DNA from: Planctomycetota bacterium
GTDB lineage: Bacteria; Planctomycetota; B15-G4
Direction of reading: 5' to 3'
Length of the DNA stretch: 64,000 bases
Assembly: GCA_965248575.1 (NCBI GenBank)
Contig: CBDFJQ010000002.1
Coordinates: 4,032,001-4,096,000, forward strand
The notes beneath the pieces were generated by a model that did no database searches, was not told where the DNA came from, and worked only from the letters and a program-made list of their open reading frames with translations. The position numbers and the translations under genes are program-made. Shown here one piece after another: positions 1 through 9,226 of the stretch. The stretch's first letter is position 1. The number at the start of each line of letters is the position of its first letter.

Positions 1-225
1 CGGATCAAGGAAGCCTCTGAGTTGATTCGACTCTGTCGCGAGAGGCTGTCGGCTGCCCGGCACGAGGTGCGCGACGTCGTCGCCGACCTGGCTGCCGAGC
101 CCAGCGCCGAGAACGGCGTTGAAGGCGTTCCAGACGTGAGCGAAACGGTGGAGTACAGCGCGGAGGAGGCAGAAGCCAACGCGGATGACGAGAGCGATTC
201 GTCGTCGGGCACGCTTCCGTTCTAG
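1..225 (+). CDS. xseB: Exodeoxyribonuclease VII small subunit, 5'-truncated by window edge, with acidic C-terminal tail
   Basis: Frame 1 from base 1 reads RIKEASELIRLCRERLSAARHEVRDVVADL, resembling the second helix of XseB; followed by an E/D/S-rich tail; stop TAG at 223-225. Confidence 0.7.
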   Translation, partial: RIKEASELIRLCRERLSAARHEVRDVVADLAAEPSAENGVEGVPDVSETVEYSAEEAEANADDESDSSSGTLPF

Positions 226-257
226 AGGCCGCCTCGGCGCGGCTCGCCAGTGGTGCG

Positions 258-1280
258 TCAGCCGGTGGTCAGGTAGGCACGGATGAGCGCGACGACCTCA
301 TCGGGGGCGATGCGGCTCTCAGAGAAGTCTTTGAGGTTCGGGTCTGCCGAGAATCCATCCCCGGCCAGCGAGGGCGATGAGAAGCCGAGTTGTGCCACGG
401 GTTGGTTCATGGGGGTGGACCACCAACTCGGGCAAGCGGCGGACTCCTGTGGATCCTCTCGCTCGCCCAACGCAGCTGCGAGGTTTTCGAAACCCCGGCG
501 TGCTGGGGGTGAGCAACTCACCAGCTCGAACCAGGACTCCACGCGTTCCATCAGTCGATAGCGCGTGCCGCCCTCGCATTCCCTGAGCTGGAGCACGCGC
601 GTGCAGGCACCGGCGGCGAGGTTCAGGCCGAGGCGCGTGTGTTCGAAGCTGGTTCGAACGATGGCGAGACTCAACGAGTCGTCGCGGATGACGTGCAGAC
701 CGTTCCCTCGCTCGACGCACTGGAGGTCTTCGAGCATGCGGTCATAGTCGCTCTGCCACAGGCCCGCGTAGGTGAACGGTGCCGCGAGCAACTCCGGCAG
801 GTGTACAAAGGCCCAGGCGTAGCAGCGCCCCTTGCGCTCCGTGTCGCTCTCTCCAGGCGTTCGCGGCACCGGGGACTGGGCGTGGGAGGGCAGGCACATG
901 AGCGTGAGCTCCAGCGCGAGAGCCTCAGGACCGTTCCAGGTTCCGAAGTCTCCCGTGGCTGCCGCCCGCAGCAGCAGGTCGCTGTGGCCCAGTGCGAGTT
1001 CTGGCTGCAGCACCGCCCAGACGGAGAGCACGCCATCTGTGTCGTAGTGGTTGTTGGCCACGCTGTCGAAGGTGCCGCGCAAGCGCAGGCGCTCTTCGGG
1101 GGCCAGGGTTGCCCAGGCGAGGGCGATCCCAGTGCTCAGGTCGCGCTTGAGTTCCGCAGGCGTGTCGTTCCCGGGCCAATGACTGAGGCTGCGGAAACCG
1201 CTCTGGGTGCCGTCGACGAAGAGTGTGCTCTCAGGAGCGGCGTCGACGGGCGCGTAGTGGAAACGCAGGGGGCTGGCCAT
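258..1280 (-). CDS. Conserved protein resembling DUF6687 / DHH-like phosphoesterase family
   Basis: 340 aa with motifs VDG, LSHWPGNxTP, NNHYDTDGVLS and GDF; family recalled from memory. Confidence 0.6.
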   Translation of the reverse strand: MASPLRFHYAPVDAAPESTLFVDGTQSGFRSLSHWPGNDTPAELKRDLSTGIALAWATLAPEERLRLRGTFDSVANNHYDTDGVLSVWAVLQPELALGHSDLLLRAAATGDFGTWNGPEALALELTLMCLPSHAQSPVPRTPGESDTERKGRCYAWAFVHLPELLAAPFTYAGLWQSDYDRMLEDLQCVERGNGLHVIRDDSLSLAIVRTSFEHTRLGLNLAAGACTRVLQLRECEGGTRYRLMERVESWFELVSCSPPARRGFENLAAALGEREDPQESAACPSWWSTPMNQPVAQLGFSSPSLAGDGFSADPNLKDFSESRIAPDEVVALIRAYLTTG

Positions 1281-1335
1281 CGTGAAGCGTCGCCGGGCGA
1301 GGGAACCGTCGTGGCCTCCCCCGCCCGGGTCTTGC

Positions 1336-1349
1336 CCCCGTTTCCGGGG
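1336..1349 (-). terminator. Short GNRA-capped hairpin just downstream of the histone gene
   Basis: Minus strand reads CCCCG-GAAA-CGGGG, 6 nt after the stop codon; no clear U-tract. Confidence 0.35.
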
Positions 1350-1355
1350 AACCGC

Positions 1356-1538
1356 TTAGAGGTCGTGCGGGCGAACCGTGGAGCGCTTGTTCGCGGTCGT
1401 ACGCTGGCAGGCAGCTTCCAGCATCTCACGCACCTTCGCGGAGACAGCGTCGGGCAGCTCACCCGAGCACATCAGGCCTTTGGCCTTGAGGAAGGCCTTG
1501 ACCTTGCTTCCGATGATGTAGCTTTCCTTGTCGGACAT
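1356..1538 (-). CDS. Bacterial histone-fold protein (short singlet, alpha-3-truncated type)
   Basis: 60 aa, basic; SKVKAFLKAKGLM N-terminal helix, long central helix and C-terminal RSTVRPHD (RxTxxxxD R-D clamp); strong RBS AAGGAG upstream. Confidence 0.88.
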   Translation of the reverse strand: MSDKESYIIGSKVKAFLKAKGLMCSGELPDAVSAKVREMLEAACQRTTANKRSTVRPHDL

Positions 1539-1568
1539 CTCGATCTCCTTCGGGACGCAGGCGAGTGG

Positions 1569-1626
1569 CTAGGCGACCACCTCGCGGCGACGACCTAGTG
1601 GTTGTTATGGGGTCACGACTGTGACC
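1569..1626 (-). promoter_or_regulatory. Structured 5' leader of the histone gene (two hairpins)
   Basis: Minus strand GGTCAC-AGTC-GTGACC, then CTAGG-TCG-TCGCC-GCGA-GGTGG-TCG-CCTAG (GNRA loop; G-U pairs work only on the minus strand). Confidence 0.45.
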
Positions 1627-1866
1627 GAAGCGGAGAATACCGGCCTCAGACGCCTGAAACGCCAAGTTTTAAGGAAAATGGGAAGTTTCGAATCAATGTC
1701 GGCGCATGTATTTGTGCCGTGATGCACCCGAGTCTTCCCAGCGAGGGCCGTGTCAGGGGACGCGGTCCAGATGGCCGGTTGGTTCGCTCCATGCGGGGTG
1801 TTACAGAAGGATCCGCCCTTGCGAGGGCCCACCCCCGTTCGGTTCATCCTTCGAAGAGACGTACCC

Positions 1867-2457
1867 ATGAGAGCCCTTGCCGCCTGCCTGTTGTTTTCCC
1901 TGACGCTTCTGCCCGGCTGTGCTTCCCGAGACAACTATCTCGTGAATCGGGTGGCCGATCTCTCGGACATTCTGAGGGTTCATGTCATGGCTGGGCCGGG
2001 CATCGCGGCCAAGATCGAAGCCACACGGCTGCTCCACGCGGGCGGTGAGTACACCCACAACTCCTTCGCATGGGGTTGGCACAATCGGGCCATCGGTTCC
2101 TGGCGTGAGAGTGTCGTGAGCTGGGGTCTGTTGGTTGGGCACTCCCATGAAGAAATCTCCGAGCCCATCGGTACCTACGCGGGTAACTACGGCTGGACCT
2201 TTGGAGAGGGCGGGATGGGTTTCGAGACGGCCAACGGCGGTCTCGATCTCGACCTGCTGACCTTCCGCGGCACCGCGATGTTCTTCCTGGGTGTCGACCT
2301 GGAAGTGCGAGTCGGTGAGGTGCTCGACTTCGTCGCGGGCATCTTCCAGTTCGATCCCGCCGCGGACGATCGCGACTACGAGAACATGCGTCGCGCCGAC
2401 CTGCCCTCCTCGTCGAGCGGCGAGCCCGAGGGCGACATGGGTAGCAGCCCCGAGTAG
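1867..2457 (+). CDS. Putative lipoprotein, unknown function
   Basis: Start reassigned to ATG 1867: MRALAACLLFSLTLLPGC has a lipobox (LPGC); Gly/aromatic-rich body. Confidence 0.7.
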   Translation: MRALAACLLFSLTLLPGCASRDNYLVNRVADLSDILRVHVMAGPGIAAKIEATRLLHAGGEYTHNSFAWGWHNRAIGSWRESVVSWGLLVGHSHEEISEPIGTYAGNYGWTFGEGGMGFETANGGLDLDLLTFRGTAMFFLGVDLEVRVGEVLDFVAGIFQFDPAADDRDYENMRRADLPSSSSGEPEGDMGSSPE

Positions 2458-2493
2458 CGCCGGGTCGCAGCCTGAACCATGTCGGTTGGCGAC

Positions 2494-4977
2494 CTAGCCG
2501 CCAGATGGGCTTGCGGTGTCACCCGCAACGGGTGCCATGAGCTGGGCGTCGTACAGGCGATGCAGTTCGAAGAGGCTATGTGTCCCTTCGCCATGCCGGT
2601 GAGGGTCGAACGGGCTTTCCGAGCGCGTCGGCCGGGAGAAGACACCGAGCCCAAGTCGCGTACCTTCCCGCAGGCGCAAACCCTCGGTGGCGATCGCAGG
2701 TTCGCGCCGATGGACGTCTGCGGCACCGGCACCGAGCTTTGCCGGTAGCCGGACGGTGAGACGTTGCCACGTGCCGTCGGTGCCGACCTCCAAGGAGGTC
2801 TCTTCGAGTCGGCGCGTCCCCACGAAGACACCCTGGGGGTCGGCGTATGCCCGGAGGCAGAGCTTCGCCGAACCCATGTAGACATCGGAGCCTAGCGTCC
2901 CGTCCGTGGTCTCGACGACGGCATCGGTGACCCAGCGCCCGAACGGACCACTGCCATCGATCTCGAGGAAGACATCACTCCGTGCCAGGGTCTCGATGGC
3001 CAGGGTGAGGTGTGACTCCGTCCAACTGGCGAAGAGGCGCAACTCGCGGTTTGCGAGCGACGGCCCCGTCGCGAGCAAGCGCGGCTCGTTGCCGTAGGGG
3101 ATCGTGCCGGTGAAGTCGCTCAGCGGCCAGGGGTCCTGGCCGTCGTCCTGGCCGTCGCCGTCCGTGTCGGCCTGGGCCGGGTCCGAGCTGAGATACAGCC
3201 CGACCATGAGCTCCGCCAGGTCCCCCAGACCATCCCCGTCGGAGTCGTCCGCCTGGTCACTGCTGCCAAAGCGCACTTCATCAATGGGCGCATCGGCGTC
3301 CGCATCAGGCAGCCCATCTCCATCTTGGTCCAAGACCTCGAAACGCATCCGGTAAGGCGGAGAGAGCTGACTCCAGAATTCGGTCAATCGCAACAGGGCT
3401 GCCTGCCCGTCCCAGTCCTCGCCGACATCGAAGACCAGTGAGTTTCCTCCCAGCCGCCGCTCGGCATAGTCCTGGTCAAAGTGCCCCGTCGGAAGACCCG
3501 AGAGCCCGAGGGTGCTGGCCAAGCCTTCGTTCAACACGTGTTGGAGTTCGTGAATGAAGTCCCACGCGATGGCGGGGTCGGGGCCCAAGGCACCGGGGGG
3601 GGTCGGGACACCCCCCGAGCGCCCGAAGGCACCCGCTGACTTGCCGAGCAGGGTGAAGTTGCCCCAGCTACCTCCCGCATCGCCGACGACGGCGAAGACC
3701 ATGCCGTAGGCGTTGTTGGGGATGCCTTGCGAGCTCAGGTCCCGCTCGATGAGCGCCATGCTCGGGCCGAGAGTCGATGGATGGGGCCCGTGCCGGCGCA
3801 GGAAGGTCAGGTCCAGCAGCAACTTGCCCGCGCTGTGCCGGAAGACGAACAGGCGGGCTGCTTCCAGGCTTTGCTCGATACGGTCAGCCTCGGCCGCGCC
3901 GCCTGGGAGCGAGTCGACATAGGTCGCGACCAGCACAGGAAGGCGTCCGAGGTTCCGATAGCCCTCAGGTGTGGTGGACTGCGCGCGCACCCGGGCTTCC
4001 GGGCTCATGGACGTGAGCGGGTTTCCGAACACGTCCACGCGACGGACCGAGTATTGGTGGGCGGAACCAGGCTCGATGTCATCGAAGTACAGCGCGCGGT
4101 CTGCGCGGCCGATTGACTTGGTGTCCTTGTCACCGGGGGCACGTCGGAACACCTCGAAGGGCGGCGCGCCCTCGAAGGTCAACCGGACCTGTTGATAGCC
4201 GGGCCTAGCGACTGGAGCTGGCGGTGCAGCTTCGAGTTTCTGGACGAGGAGCGTCCGACGCTGGCTCTCGAGTTGGCCTACGTGGGCCGTGATGGTGACG
4301 GGGCCGCCGGCGCGTGTGATCAGGCGGTTGCCTTCCACTTGAACAGCTCGTTGAGGCGCAGCCACGAGTCGCGCCAGCGCTGTGAGATCCGGGCGACCTC
4401 CGAGGGAATCGCGTCCGCTGACGATGACCGGGAAGCTGCCTCCTTCCGGCAGTGTCTCCGGTACGTTCTCCAGATCGATGCGGTCGACTTCGAGTTCGCC
4501 CGACACGCGGATCTCGGACACGTTGCACGTTCCTTCTCCGTCCACGCGAGCGACCGAGATCTCGAGCTGCTTGGTGGCGACATCCTTGAGATGGAAGCTG
4601 GCGGGCTGGTTGCGCTCCGCCTGGGATTCTCCTGCGGCGAAGCGGCGCCCGTCCTGCCCGATCACCACGAGGTTGACCTGGAGTGCATCCCGGGAAGCGG
4701 GGCGCACGGACACCTCGCGCACGACGTGGGTGGACGTGAAGGTGATGGTGAAGGTGGCTGAAGCGTCCGCAGTCTGGACGGTGGTGGCATGACTGCGATC
4801 GATCAAGTCACGCCAGCTGCCTCGCTGCAGTGGGCTGCTCTCCATCTCGAGCCCCCCGAGGCGACTCCAGCCCAACAGGTCGAATTCGGCCTCGACCTGC
4901 TCTGCCGCCACCGACGGCGCTGCGACCCAGAGCAGGGTTACGAACGGCAGGAGATGGCGGGCGAGGGGCGCTTTCAT
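2494..4977 (-). CDS. Secreted multidomain protein with HExxH metallopeptidase-like motif and thrombospondin type-3-like Ca-binding repeats
   Basis: Signal peptide; beta-rich N-terminal domains; FIHELQH; repeats DQDGDGLPD, DSDGDGLGD, DTDGDGQDD. Confidence 0.65.
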   Translation of the reverse strand: MKAPLARHLLPFVTLLWVAAPSVAAEQVEAEFDLLGWSRLGGLEMESSPLQRGSWRDLIDRSHATTVQTADASATFTITFTSTHVVREVSVRPASRDALQVNLVVIGQDGRRFAAGESQAERNQPASFHLKDVATKQLEISVARVDGEGTCNVSEIRVSGELEVDRIDLENVPETLPEGGSFPVIVSGRDSLGGRPDLTALARLVAAPQRAVQVEGNRLITRAGGPVTITAHVGQLESQRRTLLVQKLEAAPPAPVARPGYQQVRLTFEGAPPFEVFRRAPGDKDTKSIGRADRALYFDDIEPGSAHQYSVRRVDVFGNPLTSMSPEARVRAQSTTPEGYRNLGRLPVLVATYVDSLPGGAAEADRIEQSLEAARLFVFRHSAGKLLLDLTFLRRHGPHPSTLGPSMALIERDLSSQGIPNNAYGMVFAVVGDAGGSWGNFTLLGKSAGAFGRSGGVPTPPGALGPDPAIAWDFIHELQHVLNEGLASTLGLSGLPTGHFDQDYAERRLGGNSLVFDVGEDWDGQAALLRLTEFWSQLSPPYRMRFEVLDQDGDGLPDADADAPIDEVRFGSSDQADDSDGDGLGDLAELMVGLYLSSDPAQADTDGDGQDDGQDPWPLSDFTGTIPYGNEPRLLATGPSLANRELRLFASWTESHLTLAIETLARSDVFLEIDGSGPFGRWVTDAVVETTDGTLGSDVYMGSAKLCLRAYADPQGVFVGTRRLEETSLEVGTDGTWQRLTVRLPAKLGAGAADVHRREPAIATEGLRLREGTRLGLGVFSRPTRSESPFDPHRHGEGTHSLFELHRLYDAQLMAPVAGDTASPSGG

Positions 4978-5054
4978 GGGGTCATGATCCGCCCCGGCGC
5001 TGCCGACGCAAGATGCCGTTGACCCAGAGCGCGGCGGTCATCACTGTGTGGCGC

Positions 5055-6584
5055 ATGACCACCCTCGTACTTGGCCAGAATCGGCTTCAACTTGACGATC
5101 TCGAACGCCTTTTGGGGCCCCGGCCTCCTCGATTGGCCGTGGATCCGGAGGCCATGAAGGCTGTCCGGGCCTCGCGCCAGGTCGTGGAACAGGCCATGGC
5201 CATGGGCGACGTCTGTTATGGGATCAACACGGGTTTCGGCAAGTTGGCCAATGTCGTGGTCCCGAACCGTGATTTGCGTGCCCTCCAGGTGAACCTGGTC
5301 CGGAGCCACGCATGTGGTGTCGGCCAGCCCCTGAGTCGGTCCGTGTGCCAGTTGGCCTTCGCGCTGCGCATCACCAACATGGCGCGTGGGCGTTCGGGCG
5401 TGCGGCGTGTCCTGCTCGAGCGGGCTGTCGAGGTGTTCAATGCGGGGATCGTGCCCGTGCTTCCGGGGCAAGGCTCCGTCGGAGCTTCGGGCGATCTCGC
5501 TCCCCTGGCGCACATGGCCCTCGTGCTGCTCGGTGAGGGCAAGGCCTGGAAGGGGAGGCGCATCGTCGATGGGGGGGCGGCGCTCGAGTCGGCGGGCATC
5601 GAGCCCATCCGGTTGCACTCGAAGGAAGGCCTGTCGCTGCTCAACGGAACCCAGGTCTCGACGTCCATCTTGTACGACGCCTTGTTGCACTCTCAGCGCT
5701 TGGCCAAGTCGGCGGACATCGCCACGGCCTGCACCCTCGAGGCCTACAAGGGGACAGACGCCGCTTACGATGCGCGCATCCATGAGGTGCGGGGGCATGA
5801 GGGGCAGTCGACCGTGGCTTCGAACCTCCGGCGGCTGATCGCAGGAAGCGAGATTCGCGAGTCGCATCAGGAGTGCGATCGCGTCCAGGACAACTACAGC
5901 ATTCGGTGCGCGCCCCAGGTGCACGGGGCGACCTGGGATGCATTGCGCTACATCGAGGGAGTCGTGGTTCGCGAAGCGAATGCAGTGACGGACAACCCGC
6001 TCGTGTTTCCCGAAGGTGATGTCCTTTCCGGAGGCAACTTCCACGCCCAGCCGGTGGCCGTCGCCGCGGACTTCCTAAAGATCGTGGTTTCCGAGCTGGC
6101 CAACATCTCCGAGCGCCGCATCGAGAACCTCGTCAATCCCGACCTCTCCGGCCTACCAGCTTTCCTGGCCGAGGGCAGCGGCCTGCGCAGCGGCTTGATG
6201 ATCGCCCAGGTGACGGCTGCCGCGCTGGTGTCGGAGAACAAGGTGCTGGCGCATCCGGCCTCGGTGGACTCGATCCCCACCTCAGCGGGCAAGGAGGACC
6301 ATGTGTCCATGGCCACGCATGGGGCACGGCAAGCGCGGCAGATCGTGGACAACGCAACCTATGTGGTTGCAGTGGAACTCATGTCGGCCTTCCATGGCCT
6401 CGCTTTCGAGAAGACCTACAAGGCTGGACACGGTGTCGAGGCGGCTCGGAAGCACTTGCGCACAGTGCTGAAGCCGCTCCTTCGGGATCGTGTCTTGTCA
6501 GGCGACATGGAAGCTGTGGCTGCCCTCGTTCACGATGGCAGTTTGGTGGCGGCCGTGGAGCGCAAGATCGGCGCGCTGGACTAG
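5055..6584 (+). CDS. hutH: Histidine ammonia-lyase
   Basis: YGINTGFG, GASGDLAPLAH (Ala-Ser-Gly MIO), KEGLSLLNGTQ, QDNYSIRC, SGGNFH, EDHVSM; start ATG 5055. Confidence 0.95.
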   Translation: MTTLVLGQNRLQLDDLERLLGPRPPRLAVDPEAMKAVRASRQVVEQAMAMGDVCYGINTGFGKLANVVVPNRDLRALQVNLVRSHACGVGQPLSRSVCQLAFALRITNMARGRSGVRRVLLERAVEVFNAGIVPVLPGQGSVGASGDLAPLAHMALVLLGEGKAWKGRRIVDGGAALESAGIEPIRLHSKEGLSLLNGTQVSTSILYDALLHSQRLAKSADIATACTLEAYKGTDAAYDARIHEVRGHEGQSTVASNLRRLIAGSEIRESHQECDRVQDNYSIRCAPQVHGATWDALRYIEGVVVREANAVTDNPLVFPEGDVLSGGNFHAQPVAVAADFLKIVVSELANISERRIENLVNPDLSGLPAFLAEGSGLRSGLMIAQVTAAALVSENKVLAHPASVDSIPTSAGKEDHVSMATHGARQARQIVDNATYVVAVELMSAFHGLAFEKTYKAGHGVEAARKHLRTVLKPLLRDRVLSGDMEAVAALVHDGSLVAAVERKIGALD

Positions 6585-6727
6585 GAGCCCCTAGAACTAG
6601 AAGCGCCGGGGCCTAGGCGTACGGGCGCCGGGCCGACTCGTGTTTGGGCGTGGGTTGTCACCCCTGCTTGTCGTGGACGTGCGTAAGGTAGAGCCCCTGA
6701 AGTCGCGGGCGCCTGAGGGAGCATGTC

Positions 6728-9097
6728 ATGGCACGGAAAGCTCGGCGGACGATGTGGTTCTGGCCCGTGACCCTGGTTGCGGTGGCCATCCTGTCCGTCG
6801 CCCTGTGGGAATCCATCGGTGGCCGCGGAGAATCGGATGCGGCGCTGACGACGGATCGGCAGCCCGCCGGTGAACAGGTCGCAGGTGAACCGGCTTCTGG
6901 CACGGTGGACTCGCCAACGGCTGATGTGGGGGAGAGCCCGGCGACGGGAGAAGCAGGCGCAGCTGCGCCAGCGTCGCGACTCTCACTGCGCATCGTGCGC
7001 TGGCCCGATGGAAAGCGCGTTGCGGGAGCTACGGTGCGCGTGGCATCGGGTGATCACTTGCTCGCCGCCGAAGGGCGACCATCCCTCGATGGTTATCTGG
7101 AACTCGGGGTGCCCAATGGAATCGAGGCGCTGACGGTGACAGCGAGCGCCCCCGGGCATGGAAGCGTGGAGCGCAGCCTGCTCGTCGAGGACCTGGGGAG
7201 CAGGACCGTCCTCATGGAGCTTCGACCGACCACGGGCTGGATCGGGCGCGTGGTGTCGTCCCATGGAGTCCCGCTTGCCGGGGCGCATGTCGTTGCACGA
7301 AGGTACTGGCCGCCGAGGCCCGCCTATCTCGACGATGGGGAAGGCGAGGTGCATCTCACGAGCGTCCAGGCCACGGCGCCGGCCCAGACGGGCGGGGTCA
7401 CCAACGCGACCGGTCACTTCTACGTGGAGCCTTTTCGCGACGACAACGTGGTGGATCTGGTGTTGTCCGTGGTGGACGAGCAGTTCGCTTCTGAGCGGGT
7501 CCACATACCGCTGCCGTTCGTGGGACAGCAGCTTCCTGACCTCGTGACCTTCGGCGCGTCTCCGCTGACGGGGCAGGTCGTGGACAGCAGCGGCTACCCG
7601 GTTCCTCATGCCGTGCTTCAGGTGGACAGGGGCCCGGGACAGGATCGATACATCGAAGAGTCGCTGGTGGCGGATGACGAGGGGCGCTTCCGGGTGAACC
7701 GGGTGTTCTCTGCCCAGCATCTACGCGTGACGGAGGACCGGAGCTGGTTTCTCGGAGGGCGTACCCAGGGGCAGGAGTTGCCTCTTCGGGATGGCTGGGT
7801 GCGGGTGGAACCCGGGGCCCCTTGGGTGACCTTGGTGCTCGACCCGGGCGGGATGGTGGCGGGCCAGCTGCTCGACGCAGCCAGCAGTCAACCCATCCGG
7901 GATGGGCGCGCGGTGCTTAGGGCAGGGCAGGGGCTGACGCTGGCGAGCGGGTTGTCGGATGCCGAGGGACACTTCGAGCTGTTGCTTCCCCCGGAGGACA
8001 TCGGACGCAGGGTGCAGCTGAGGCTCTCGGCGGTGGGCTATGAGCGCTGGACGCGGGACACGACGGTCGAGCCCCGGCTGCGCGCCCACCAACTGCCGGA
8101 GTACCTTTCGCCGGGCCTGGGTACTCAGCGAATCCATGGAGTGGTCCAGTTGTTGTCAGGTGGGCTCAGCGAGGCAGAAGTGCTCGAGCATCCGGGGCCC
8201 GGCGAACCGGCCGAAGGTGTCGTGGTACGTGCGTACATCGCAACGCGTGGCGGTCCCGTCGGCAGTTGGGTCCTGGAGGATGGACTGCCCAGTGAGTTCG
8301 AGCTGGTCTGGGAAGGAGTGAGCGACGATGCGGGAGCCTTCAGCTTCATCGCGACGGCCGACCCCTCCACGAGACTCGTCGTGATCTCGGAAATGGCTGC
8401 GCCGGAGGGTGCCTTGCACCTGGGACAGTGGGGGCCGCAGCCTCTCTCTGCTGCTGCTGGCGGCATCAGTTTCCTGCAGTCCTATGGGCAGAGTGTGACC
8501 GTGGATGTGGGCGGGCTGGAGAAGGGTCGGCGCTACCTGGTGCAGCAGACCAGTTGGAACCCCTGGACGCAGAGCAGTTGGTCGGGGGCTGTTCCCTTTC
8601 CGGTGGAAAGCGAGGGGTGGGCCACGATCTCCGTTCAGACAGCGACCAAGGGTGCGGCATTCTTCGACGTGCGTGTGGACCGTGGGCCCGTGTCGGCTCC
8701 CGTCGCCTCCAGCACCGGGTGGTTGGAGCTGGAAGACATCCAGACGCAACGGATCGAGATCCCACCGCTGCGCTCCGTTTCAGGTGAGCTCCGCTGGTTT
8801 GCGGATGGGGACTGGCCTGACCTCTGCCTCGCGTTCGTGGGAGACGCCGTGCCGACCTGGCGCTCCGAGTGGGTGGGGGAGAGCGATTGGTGTGTGCGTC
8901 CCGACAAGGACGGCCGCTTCCACCTGCCGGAACTTCCGCCCCGGGAATACTCACTGATGCTGTATCGGCCCCTGGGTGACGAGGGGGTGGAGGTCCTGGC
9001 CGAGCAAACGGTGTCCGTGACGTCTGATCTCTTCCGGCTTGACGCCTGGCCTCAACGCCCCGCCTTCTCCACCGAGGGTTACTCCTCGGGTCGTTAG
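6728..9097 (+). CDS. Membrane-anchored protein with repeated carboxypeptidase-regulatory-like (beta-sandwich) domains
   Basis: N-terminal hydrophobic anchor, low-complexity linker, repeated units GRVVSSHGVPLAGAHV / GQVVDSSGYPVPHAVL / GQLLDAASSQPI, each followed by a DxxGxF-like motif. Confidence 0.7.
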   Translation: MARKARRTMWFWPVTLVAVAILSVALWESIGGRGESDAALTTDRQPAGEQVAGEPASGTVDSPTADVGESPATGEAGAAAPASRLSLRIVRWPDGKRVAGATVRVASGDHLLAAEGRPSLDGYLELGVPNGIEALTVTASAPGHGSVERSLLVEDLGSRTVLMELRPTTGWIGRVVSSHGVPLAGAHVVARRYWPPRPAYLDDGEGEVHLTSVQATAPAQTGGVTNATGHFYVEPFRDDNVVDLVLSVVDEQFASERVHIPLPFVGQQLPDLVTFGASPLTGQVVDSSGYPVPHAVLQVDRGPGQDRYIEESLVADDEGRFRVNRVFSAQHLRVTEDRSWFLGGRTQGQELPLRDGWVRVEPGAPWVTLVLDPGGMVAGQLLDAASSQPIRDGRAVLRAGQGLTLASGLSDAEGHFELLLPPEDIGRRVQLRLSAVGYERWTRDTTVEPRLRAHQLPEYLSPGLGTQRIHGVVQLLSGGLSEAEVLEHPGPGEPAEGVVVRAYIATRGGPVGSWVLEDGLPSEFELVWEGVSDDAGAFSFIATADPSTRLVVISEMAAPEGALHLGQWGPQPLSAAAGGISFLQSYGQSVTVDVGGLEKGRRYLVQQTSWNPWTQSSWSGAVPFPVESEGWATISVQTATKGAAFFDVRVDRGPVSAPVASSTGWLELEDIQTQRIEIPPLRSVSGELRWFADGDWPDLCLAFVGDAVPTWRSEWVGESDWCVRPDKDGRFHLPELPPREYSLMLYRPLGDEGVEVLAEQTVSVTSDLFRLDAWPQRPAFSTEGYSSGR

Positions 9098-9226
9098 GCG
9101 CAGCGGAATCGGTGGGGCGTTTTCGGGTTTCGTGCACTTCATGCGTATGATCGGACGCCGCGCGCCCTGTCCGCCCAGACTAGTTGCGCACCCTGCTGCG
9201 CGCTCCTCGAACAACGGAATCCAGTG

